Assembly (NCBI GenBank): GCA_000092065.1
Contig: CP000587.1
Direction: 5' to 3' (one strand)
From: Ostreococcus lucimarinus
Taxonomy: Eukaryota
DNA: 64,000 nucleotides
In this document: in pieces, positions 8,715 to 16,899 of the stretch
Numbering within the stretch: position 1 is the first letter of the stretch
How the letters are laid out: each line of letters opens with the position of its first letter
The notes under the pieces: model-generated
What the model was told of the DNA's origin: nothing
What the model saw: the letters and a program-made list of their open reading frames with translations, nothing else
The model's database searches: none
Made by a program: the position numbers and the translations under genes

Positions 8715-11117
8715 ATGTCCTCGCTCGAGGCGATTCGCTACGCGCGCGGAAACCTCGAGCTGCTCGATCAGCTCGCGCTGCCGCTGGAGACGAAATACAT
8801 CGACGTGCGCGACTGCAACGCGTGCTGGCGATGTATCAAAGATATGAACGTGCGAGGAGCGCCGGCGATCGCGATCGCAGCGGCGCTGGCGCTGGCGGTG
8901 GAGCTAGAGGCGAAGCGAGGGACGCTGACGACGTGCGAGGCGGCGGAGGCGTTCGTGCGCGAGCGGTTTGATCACATGTACACGTCGAGACCGACGGCGG
9001 TGAACTTGGGGGAGGCGAAAAATAGGATACAAGCACTCGCAAAGCGATTGAGTGAAAGCGGAGACGTGTCAGGGATGATTGAAGGGGTGATTGAAGGATG
9101 CGAGGCGATGCACGCCGAGGACGTGGCGTCGTGCAGAGCCATCGGAGACAAGGGTGCTGCGGCGCTGTTGCGCGCGTGCGGCGCTAAAGATGGAGAAAAT
9201 ATCAAAGTGATGACGTGCTGTAACACTGGATCGCTCGCGACGGCGGGCTACGGTACTGCGTTGGGGGTGATTCGTGCTCTTTGGGAGTCGGGGCGACTCG
9301 AGCGGGCGTATTGCTTGGAGACGCGGCCGTACAATCAAGGGTCGAGGTTGACCGCGTACGAGCTGGTGTACGAAAAAATTCCAGGGACGTTGATTTGTGA
9401 TAATATGGCGGCGGCGCTCATGGCACGAGGAGACGTGGACGCGATCGTCGTGGGTGCGGATAGAGTCGCCGCAAACGGCGACTTTGCTAACAAAATCGGC
9501 ACCTATTCGCTCGCGGTGAACGCGAAGCATCACGGAGTGCCCATGTTCACCGCAGCACCGGTGACGACGTTAGATCCCGAGACGGCGACTGGGGCAGATA
9601 TTCACATCGAAGAACGACCGGGCGAAGAAGTGACGCACTCGCTCGGTAAGCGTGTGGCGGCGGAAGGAATAGACGTGTGGAACCCATCCTTCGACGTGAC
9701 CCCTGCGGCGCTCCTCACGGGTGTCATCACGGAGCACGGTGTGATTGAAAAGAACGCCAGTGGATTGTTTCCCGTTGCAGACTTCGTAGCTCAAGCAAAG
9801 GGAGGTACATTGACGGTCGCAAAGCCGAGCGGTCCACCGGGATTCATCGCACTTAATTGCGAAACCGTACTCGATTACGCAGCGTCAAAGGAAAACGTTG
9901 CCAAAGTTTTGGGAGGCGCCTCGACGCGCGCGTCGTGGTCGGCGAAAGAAATCGGTGACGGTAACATCAACTTTGTCTACATCGTCACCGGTGCGTCTGC
10001 AAATAAATCCGTCATCGTGAAGCAAGGTTTGCCATTCGTACGCTGTGTTGGCGAAAGTTGGCCCCTCACGCAGGAGCGCGTTCGATATGAAGCCGAGGCG
10101 CTCATTCAAGCGCACAAATTTTGCCCCGAGCACGTCCCGGAAGTGTACGTGTACGACGCTACGATGGCAACTATCGTCATGCGATACCTAGAACCACCGC
10201 ACATCATCCTCCGAGGCGGTATTATTGAAGGTAAAGTGTACCCAAAGTTGGCCGAACACGTCGGCGAATACTTGGCGACGACACTCTACAAGTCGTCCGC
10301 GTTGGCCGTCGGCGGTGCCGAACTTCGACGCGCACGTCAAGCTTTCGGGCAAAACGAGGATATGTGCGAGCTCACTGAACAAGTCATCTTCACCGAACCG
10401 TACGGTAAGGCTGATAACAATCATTGGACGACGCCACAGCTCGACGACATCGTCGGCGAGATTCAATCCGACGCCGCACTCAAGCGCGCCATCAACGCGC
10501 TGAAGGAAAAATTTATGACTGAAGCGCAAGCGCTGCTGCACGGCGACTTGCACACCGGCTCTTTGATGTGCACGGAGACGACAACATTCGCGATCGACAA
10601 CGAGTTCGCGTTTTATGGGCCGATGGGATTCGACATTGGCGCATTTTTAGCAAACCTACTGTTAGCCTACTTCTCTCAAAACGGTTGGGCGAAGTGCAAC
10701 GGAGAAGATCGCGGCGCACAACGCGACTGGCTCTTGAGCGCTTTTGCGTCTACGTGGGGTATATTCGAAAAACGTTTCTTAGAACAGTGGAACGAACAAG
10801 GAGTGCGCGACGACTGTGGTGGTTTGTCGCCCGCAATTTTGTACGGTAAAGATGTGAAGAGCGGCGCGAGCGCTCTCGAGGAACATCAACGCACGTTCAT
10901 GCGAAAGATATGGGCCGATACTCTCGGTTTCGCGGGTGCTAAAATGATTCGTCGCATCATCGGCATCGCGCACGTCGCTGATTTGGATAAGATACCAGAC
11001 GCCAACGTACGCGCCCAGTGCGAACGCGCGGCGTTAAAGTGCGGTCGCGAGCTCATGCTCAACGCGACGACGCTCACGCCCGAGTCGATCGTCGACGTCG
11101 TGAAAAGCTGCGAGTAG
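8715..11117 (+). CDS. Bifunctional methionine-salvage enzyme: methylthioribose-1-phosphate isomerase (MtnA, eIF2B-like) fused to methylthioribose kinase (MtnK)
   Basis: The N-terminal half (LEAIRYARGNLELLDQLALPLETKYIDVRDCNACWRCIKDMNVRGAPAIAIAAALA ... VGADRVAANGDFANKIGTYSLAVNAKHHGVPMFTAAP) is the MTR-1-P isomerase fold. The C-terminal half (EIGDGNINFVYIV, LHGDLHTGSLM, FAIDNEFAFYGPMGFDIGAF) is MTR kinase. The track start at 8658 is GTG. The first ATG at 8715 (MSSLEAIRY) matches MtnA N-termini. Confidence 0.85.
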   Translation: MSSLEAIRYARGNLELLDQLALPLETKYIDVRDCNACWRCIKDMNVRGAPAIAIAAALALAVELEAKRGTLTTCEAAEAFVRERFDHMYTSRPTAVNLGEAKNRIQALAKRLSESGDVSGMIEGVIEGCEAMHAEDVASCRAIGDKGAAALLRACGAKDGENIKVMTCCNTGSLATAGYGTALGVIRALWESGRLERAYCLETRPYNQGSRLTAYELVYEKIPGTLICDNMAAALMARGDVDAIVVGADRVAANGDFANKIGTYSLAVNAKHHGVPMFTAAPVTTLDPETATGADIHIEERPGEEVTHSLGKRVAAEGIDVWNPSFDVTPAALLTGVITEHGVIEKNASGLFPVADFVAQAKGGTLTVAKPSGPPGFIALNCETVLDYAASKENVAKVLGGASTRASWSAKEIGDGNINFVYIVTGASANKSVIVKQGLPFVRCVGESWPLTQERVRYEAEALIQAHKFCPEHVPEVYVYDATMATIVMRYLEPPHIILRGGIIEGKVYPKLAEHVGEYLATTLYKSSALAVGGAELRRARQAFGQNEDMCELTEQVIFTEPYGKADNNHWTTPQLDDIVGEIQSDAALKRAINALKEKFMTEAQALLHGDLHTGSLMCTETTTFAIDNEFAFYGPMGFDIGAFLANLLLAYFSQNGWAKCNGEDRGAQRDWLLSAFASTWGIFEKRFLEQWNEQGVRDDCGGLSPAILYGKDVKSGASALEEHQRTFMRKIWADTLGFAGAKMIRRIIGIAHVADLDKIPDANVRAQCERAALKCGRELMLNATTLTPESIVDVVKSCE

Positions 11118-11202
11118 TCGCGAGTTGGCTTATATTAGTGCAGTATAAATACAACAACTACAACGAAATAACAACACGCGCGCGTATGCTTTCTATACAT
11201 GA

Positions 11203-13617
11203 CTACCTCGTCTTGCGTTTGTCCAACCACTTTGTGGCCGACGACTTCGTAGACGATCGCGCATCTTCGCGGCGCACATCCTTTGCCTCGACTTTTGGCC
11301 CGTAAGGGATGTGTGATCGAGTGATTTGCATCAAACCAAAAGCAGAAATCGGCATGAATGATATTTTTCCTCGATCACGTGTCGCCGCATCCGCGAACTC
11401 CGCCTCAATCTGTCTATATATTTGATCTCGCGTTTTGGGATTGCCCGCGTTGACAAAGTCAATCACGATGATTCCCGAAATATTCCTCCGCCTAATTTCC
11501 GCCGCTGCGGTGCGAGCAGCCATGACATTGATTTCCGCCACACTCATACGGCTCGAGCCGGTGTTTACATCGATCGCTGTCAGCGCTTCTGTGGATTGAA
11601 TCACGAGCTGCGCCGACTGCGTATCTGGAATCGTCACGCGTTCGCTAAACGTCCTCGCGCGTCGGATCAAGTTTTGCATTTTCACTTGAGACCCCACGCG
11701 GACGACGGTTTGCATTTCTTCGGTATCCGCGCGCAGCGTCGACACGCTCTTTGTGATTTCTTCAAGTTCTTCCGGCTTGCTGTCGTTCGGCATGACGATG
11801 CTGTGAATGTTCGTGCTCGCGAGCTCGCGAAGAACCATTCCTTTGAAATTTGTGTTGTCGCGCCACAATAATCGCGGCACCAAAGGCTGCTGCCGCTTCC
11901 GCGACTTCGTGACGGATTTCGCAGCACTGATGCACATAGACTTCCACCGACGCGTGAGTTCGCTTACCTCGCGCGTGACCACGTCCGGAGGCGCGCTCGC
12001 GCTCGCGGAGCGCATGATGAGATGCGCGCCGCCGCCGTGAAACCCGGTGAAAAGAGGCGCTTCATTCTTATCTTTTATCTTCTCGAGGCCATATCGCCAC
12101 GTTTGCTTCAAAGTATTCTCGCCCCACTGCGCGAGCGAGTCGCGCGTCACGACGCTCAATTTCTTACTGGCGTGCGCGCTTACCCCATTCGCCGTGCCTT
12201 TGAAAACCGTAAACCGTCCGGTGAGGCTCGGCTCCGCCGTCGCGATCGCGCCTTTGTGTTCCCGTGAATCTCGAATGATTTCAAGAATCACGGCATCGCC
12301 GATGTTATACATTCCAAAGGCTTGCTTACCAGCGCGCGCAAGCTGGTCGTTCATATCCGAATGCATCATGGAGCTGATGAGCTTCATCTCGACGTCTTCG
12401 TCTTCATCCGGTAGAGACACTTCCGACGCCTCGATGACGACTTTGTCGCTCTCTTGGCCTTTCCACCAAGCCGCCGGCTGTGACAGACCGTCGCGCAGTA
12501 ACACCGTCTTTGTAAACTTGCCATTCTTCGTCGCCACGCCGACGAGCAGTGATTTCATGTTCGGCACCTTGCTCACCACCGTACCGAGATAGACGTCGCC
12601 GACGCGCATCGCTTGGTCGCCTTCTTCTTCGTCGCGAACGTTTTCCAAAATCTCCACCGCCTCACCGTCCTCCGTCAGAACCGCGCAGTCGTCGCTCGGG
12701 AACCAAATCTCCGTCTTCACGTTCCGATCGTCTCTCGCGCGCAGAGACTTGCTCGCACCGCCGGTGTAGTACTGAAGCACTTGTTTCAGCGCCGGTTCGT
12801 TCATGCGAAACGTATCCGTCAGAGACGTAAACTCTCGCTTCTCTTCGGTCCACACGTCGACAACCTCCACCATGAACGCGTAGCTCGGAAGCATTAGCGC
12901 GCTCGTCCCACTTCTCCACACGTAGGTCGGCCCCGTGCTCTCGGCGACGTCGTCAATCACCGCGAAATTATACTCGCACACCACGCACTCCTCGCCGACC
13001 ACGCGACTCGTCGGCACCTCCAAACAAACCGTCGCGCTCCACCAATCGTTCCCTTCGGGCGCGCACCGAATCGACCCTCCCAGCACTCGCCACGTCCCGA
13101 GCTCGGCCGTCGACCCGACGAGCACGACGCGCTGCCCGAACCGCGTTCGTTTCCGCACTCGAAACGTCGTCACGCATCGTCCCGGCGTCCCGATCAGCGC
13201 GAACGCCCCTCCGTCCCCCCTCGCGAGCCCTGGTCCGCTCCCCGACGTCGACGTCATTCTCGCCCCCTCCTCCTCGCTCCGACTCGCCCGTTCCTCTTCC
13301 TCGAACCGATTCGCCCTTCGTCCCGCGCGTCTCTCCTCCCCCGCGCCCGTCCCGCGCGATCGTCCGCTCTCCAGCACCACCGCCATGTCCGCCCGCGCCG
13401 TCGCGCGCGCCTCCTCCGACGCCTCGCGCCCCTCCCCCGCTTCCTCACCCGTCGCCCGCGTCCATCGCGCGTCCATCGCGTCCATCGCGCGCCGATCCAT
13501 CGCGCGCCAGCGCGGCATCGTCGTCCCGAACCGTCGCGCCCCCGTCCTCGTCGCGCGCGTCCGCCTCGCGCCGCTCGCGCGCGCGCCGCGCACGCGCGCC
13601 ATCGCGTCCACCGGCAT
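11203..13617 (-). CDS. RNE: RNase E/G-family endoribonuclease (plastid RNE type) with N-terminal CBM20-like starch-binding module
   Basis: Catalytic-domain motifs are present: TEALTAIDVNTGSSR and ISGIIVIDFVNAGNP. An S1-like segment is GDVYLGTVVSKVPNMKSLLVGV. A CBM20-like segment is VTTFRVRKRTRFGQRVVLVGSTAELGTWRV...DWWSATVCLEV...YNFAVID...YVWRSG. The track ORF opens at 13947 and abuts the divergent gene starting at 13946. I place the start at the ATG at 13617 (MPVDAMARVRG, transit-peptide-like), which leaves a repeat-rich intergenic region. Start is uncertain. Confidence 0.8.
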   Translation of the reverse strand: MPVDAMARVRGARASGARRTRATRTGARRFGTTMPRWRAMDRRAMDAMDARWTRATGEEAGEGREASEEARATARADMAVVLESGRSRGTGAGEERRAGRRANRFEEEERASRSEEEGARMTSTSGSGPGLARGDGGAFALIGTPGRCVTTFRVRKRTRFGQRVVLVGSTAELGTWRVLGGSIRCAPEGNDWWSATVCLEVPTSRVVGEECVVCEYNFAVIDDVAESTGPTYVWRSGTSALMLPSYAFMVEVVDVWTEEKREFTSLTDTFRMNEPALKQVLQYYTGGASKSLRARDDRNVKTEIWFPSDDCAVLTEDGEAVEILENVRDEEEGDQAMRVGDVYLGTVVSKVPNMKSLLVGVATKNGKFTKTVLLRDGLSQPAAWWKGQESDKVVIEASEVSLPDEDEDVEMKLISSMMHSDMNDQLARAGKQAFGMYNIGDAVILEIIRDSREHKGAIATAEPSLTGRFTVFKGTANGVSAHASKKLSVVTRDSLAQWGENTLKQTWRYGLEKIKDKNEAPLFTGFHGGGAHLIMRSASASAPPDVVTREVSELTRRWKSMCISAAKSVTKSRKRQQPLVPRLLWRDNTNFKGMVLRELASTNIHSIVMPNDSKPEELEEITKSVSTLRADTEEMQTVVRVGSQVKMQNLIRRARTFSERVTIPDTQSAQLVIQSTEALTAIDVNTGSSRMSVAEINVMAARTAAAEIRRRNISGIIVIDFVNAGNPKTRDQIYRQIEAEFADAATRDRGKISFMPISAFGLMQITRSHIPYGPKVEAKDVRREDARSSTKSSATKWLDKRKTR

Positions 13618-13710
13618 CGGCGCTCGCGCGCGCGCGTCGGCGTCGCGGTGCGTCGCGGTGCGTCGCGATTCGATCCGTCGTCGCGCTCGCGAAATATCTT
13701 TGTCGTCGTT

Positions 13711-13744
13711 CGAATCGAATCGAATCGAATCGCGCGCGCGCGCG
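13711..13744. repeat. Microsatellite (CGAAT)4 followed by (CG)7, in divergent intergenic region
   Basis: Seen directly: cgaatcgaatcgaatcgaat cgcgcgcgcgcgcg. Nearby is a direct repeat, gtcgcggtgc gtcgcggtgc gtcgcg, at 13641..13666. Confidence 0.7.
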
Positions 13745-13945
13745 GCCCGCGCGTCCGTCGCGCGTCCATCGCGTCGCTCGATTCGCGATCGTCGTCGACG
13801 TCGCGATCGGTCGCGATCGGTCGCCGGGTCGTCGCGCGTCCGTGAACGCGTCGATTCGGATTCGTCCCGCGCGGGACGCGATGGCGCGACGGCGCGAACG
13901 ACGGATGGCGCGGCACACGACGACGACGGCGACGACGACGACCGC

Positions 13946-15454
13946 ATGGGGTGCGCGAGCTCGAAAACGGGCGACGCGACGGCGCCGGCGCGCGACGACG
14001 GCGCGCGCGACGACGGCGCGGCGACGACGAGGACGCGAGACGGGGACGATGGATCGGCGCGCGCGGCGACGGACGGCGACGGCGACGGCGCGAGCGGGAC
14101 GACGGCGGACGCGATGGCGGACGGGTCGAGCGCGATGCTCGCGCGCGCGGTGACGACGTACGAGGACGCGACGACGGCGGCGATGCACGCGGCGGCGGCG
14201 AGGGTGCGCGAGCGATGGGGGACGACGAGGGACGCGGGCGCGGCGTGGCGGTTTTGGCTGGCGGAGGAGACGACGGTGAGCGCGCTGACGACGCCGCTGG
14301 GCGGGAGCTCGATCGAGGTCGGCGCGAGGGATGACTTGTCGGTGATGATGTGCGCGCACGACGCGCTGGAGGCGCCGGTGGGGGGGTGGGAGGGGCGAGT
14401 CGCGTGCTGCCCGCGAGCGTTCGCGGTGGACGCGCACCTGACGGTGGACGGGAAGAGGTTTGAAGACGCGCACGCGTGCGCGGGGGAGCCGGATTACGAT
14501 CGCGAACGCGCGATCGAGGCGGGACTCGACGATGCGGGGCTTTACGCGAGCGAGGCGCGTGAGGCGGCGCGACGGGTGTTGAGGCGCGAACGCGACGGCG
14601 GCGGCAAACCGTGGTGCACCGTCTTCGGCTCGCGCTTCTCCGAGGGTAATCACTTCGTGCATTTACCGTTGATCGCGGATTACCTCGACGGGGCGATTTT
14701 GGATCCGTTTAGTAAATCGTACGCGCACTCGCTGATGTGGCGTTGGGCGGAGGTGTGCGAGAAAATCGGCCCGGGCGAGCACGAGGTGACGCTGCGATGC
14801 GCGCCGCTCGGCGTGTTCGTTCCCGCCGCCGGCGCGTGTCGTTTGGTCGGGTACGACGAAGCGAAGCACGGCAGTGATAAGGGATTCAAAGCGTTCTTAC
14901 AATCGCTCGATACTGAGTACGAGACGTCGGCGAGCGCGGCCGGGATGAGTGCGACGTTTACCATCAAGTTGCACCCGAATCATTGCGCCGGCAAGAAGAT
15001 TGAGCGGCGAGCGCAAGAGTGGGCGCCGGATTGGCCCGCGGATGAAATCGCGGAGTGCTACACCACGGCGCTACAGTTAGCGAATACCGGCCCACCAGGT
15101 GCGATGGCGGCACAGATGACCCCGGGCGCGACGTGTTGCCACGTCGTTTTACCCACCACAGATGGACACAGCGGCATCGCCGAAGTCAAGGACCGCGACG
15201 GTCGAACGCTGTACCACGAATTCCACGCGTGGGGCTTGTTCCGAGGCGTCGACGGCGAGCTGGAAGCGCGTACTGGCGCTCAAATCAAGTTCCGCTGCGT
15301 TAAGTCGTGCGTGAACGGCGAACCGACCGGGGTGTGGATGGCGAAGGACTACGATCCACGTCCGTGCAACGGGCTTTTGCTGAAGAACAAATTTATCGAT
15401 CAGGCCATCGCTCGCGACGATGAGCACATAAAGATCCCGAGTGGCGTGGCCTAG
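13946..15454 (+). CDS. Hypothetical protein with N-terminal MGCxxS (predicted N-myristoylation/palmitoylation) motif, ~500 aa
   Basis: ATG at 13946 gives MGCASSKTG.... The 5' part of the long track ORF (12935..13945) is antisense to RNE and is discarded. The C-terminal 350 aa have balanced composition (HFVHLPLIADYLDGAILDPFSKSYAHSLMWRWAEV...), but I recognise no domain. Confidence 0.5.
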   Translation: MGCASSKTGDATAPARDDGARDDGAATTRTRDGDDGSARAATDGDGDGASGTTADAMADGSSAMLARAVTTYEDATTAAMHAAAARVRERWGTTRDAGAAWRFWLAEETTVSALTTPLGGSSIEVGARDDLSVMMCAHDALEAPVGGWEGRVACCPRAFAVDAHLTVDGKRFEDAHACAGEPDYDRERAIEAGLDDAGLYASEAREAARRVLRRERDGGGKPWCTVFGSRFSEGNHFVHLPLIADYLDGAILDPFSKSYAHSLMWRWAEVCEKIGPGEHEVTLRCAPLGVFVPAAGACRLVGYDEAKHGSDKGFKAFLQSLDTEYETSASAAGMSATFTIKLHPNHCAGKKIERRAQEWAPDWPADEIAECYTTALQLANTGPPGAMAAQMTPGATCCHVVLPTTDGHSGIAEVKDRDGRTLYHEFHAWGLFRGVDGELEARTGAQIKFRCVKSCVNGEPTGVWMAKDYDPRPCNGLLLKNKFIDQAIARDDEHIKIPSGVA

Positions 15455-15509
15455 GTACTCATCTCCATCTAATATTGACTTAATCCTACAAACGTGGACG
15501 CGTCGTCGT

Positions 15510-16664
15510 CTAACTGTTGTTTTCCGTCGCTCCGTACGAATCGTCATTGAATTCCGCGAAGAGCCAATTCTCGTACTGCTTGGACTTCTTCCCCGATCCA
15601 TACATCATGACTGCGTTTACGACGAGAGACGCGATGCCAAGGAACGCGACGCCTGCACCCACGGTCGTGGACAGCGCGAGAACGTCGAACTTACGCCCAA
15701 CTCCATCCACTGCAAAGCGAATCCTCGGCCCGTAGCCCTTGACCAAAAGCCTCACGTCTTTGGAATTTCCCGTTTGGTTGTACGTCACGCCTTGCATCGG
15801 TGCCGGTTCGCCCACGTTATGCGCAGAGACCCAACGGATATTATAGCCTTTCGACAGTGTGTTTATCTCCGAATCGGTGACTTGACGCACCTTATACGGC
15901 GTCTTCGGCGCGCACGATTCGATGCCTCGATCGAGATCGCAGTCAAACTGCACGTCCAAGCGACCGTCCCAACCTTTCTTCGCGATATCTTCCACGCGCA
16001 TTCCGCCGCTCGCGAGCAAATCATTCAAGGTCCATAAATTCCATCCCATCGTAGGCTCAGTACCGTTCAAGTTCGTCCACAGTAAGTTCCCGTCGCCCTT
16101 TTTATTTGGGATTCCTGGAAACTCGACGCTGATTCGAGTAAAGACGGTGAAATTTCCCACATTTTCCAGCACGTTCACACGGTCGTCCTCTGGTTCACCA
16201 GGACACCAGCCCTCGATTTCGCACCGCTTTTCTCCCGAGCTTCCGCCCGCGTCCACGCACGCTCCCGTCATCCGCCCGCTCGCGCTAAACGCCCCCGCTC
16301 GACAAATCGACGCGTCCTCCGTGCACGCCTCGTCGTCGTCCATTCCCGGGCACCGTCCTCTCGCTTGCAGCGTCGTCATCAGCGCCGTCGCCACAAAAAA
16401 TCCACTCGGTTCATATATCACCAAATCATTCGCGTCGTACACCGTCTCCAGCCCCGTCGCCGCGTCTCGCAGCACCGCCTGGCCTTTGATTTTCAAACCA
16501 ATGTTCCCAACCGCCTGCGACCGCAGCTGGTAGCCGTGCTTGAGGTACACCAGATACCATCCGACGTAGCTCAGAACGACGCCGACGATGGCGTAATACA
16601 GCGCGCCGAGTCGCCACGAGCGAATGACGACGCTCTTTTGCGTCGTGTACGACAGTCCCACCAT
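15510..16664 (-). CDS. P2X: P2X-type ATP-gated cation channel
   Basis: TM1 reads TTQKSVVIRSWRLGALYYAIVGVVLSYVGWYLVYLKHGYQ, and the GYQ follows TM1 as in P2X receptors. The ectodomain is Cys-rich with NFTVFTRISVEFPGI. Also present are GYNIRW and a second TM, GRKFDVLALSTTVGAGVAFLGIASLVVNAVMMY. ATG confirmed (ccATGg at 16662-16664). A P2X receptor is known from Ostreococcus. Confidence 0.8.
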   Translation of the reverse strand: MVGLSYTTQKSVVIRSWRLGALYYAIVGVVLSYVGWYLVYLKHGYQLRSQAVGNIGLKIKGQAVLRDAATGLETVYDANDLVIYEPSGFFVATALMTTLQARGRCPGMDDDEACTEDASICRAGAFSASGRMTGACVDAGGSSGEKRCEIEGWCPGEPEDDRVNVLENVGNFTVFTRISVEFPGIPNKKGDGNLLWTNLNGTEPTMGWNLWTLNDLLASGGMRVEDIAKKGWDGRLDVQFDCDLDRGIESCAPKTPYKVRQVTDSEINTLSKGYNIRWVSAHNVGEPAPMQGVTYNQTGNSKDVRLLVKGYGPRIRFAVDGVGRKFDVLALSTTVGAGVAFLGIASLVVNAVMMYGSGKKSKQYENWLFAEFNDDSYGATENNS

Positions 16665-16899
16665 GGTTCAACACCCAGGCGAAGGCGTTCCGACGCGTCG
16701 CCGGTCGCGTCGCGTCGCTCGCGTCGCGTCGCGCGGGCGTCGCGCTTCGAGCGCGCGCGTCCGAGCGCGCTCGGCGCCGTCGCGTCGGCGCTCGGTCGAG
16801 CGCGTCGCTGTGCGGACGCGAGCTCGCTCGCTCGGCACCGCGCTCGACGCGCGTCTCCGCACTCGACGCCGCGTCGCCGTCGCCGCGCTCGGCGTCGTC

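Noticed and set aside
13445-14662. Long R/A/P/S-rich ORFs (e.g. 13445..14662-, 19136..20380-, 36035..37252-, 39307..40389+, 43955..45706-, 46430..47515-, 6007..6972+, 21393..23495+, 12935..13945+, 35693..36415+).
   Set aside because: They lie antisense to, or in alternative frames of, well-supported genes. Their extreme Arg/Ala/Pro composition is the expected artefact of stop-poor frames in ~65% GC coding DNA. No domain signatures are present.
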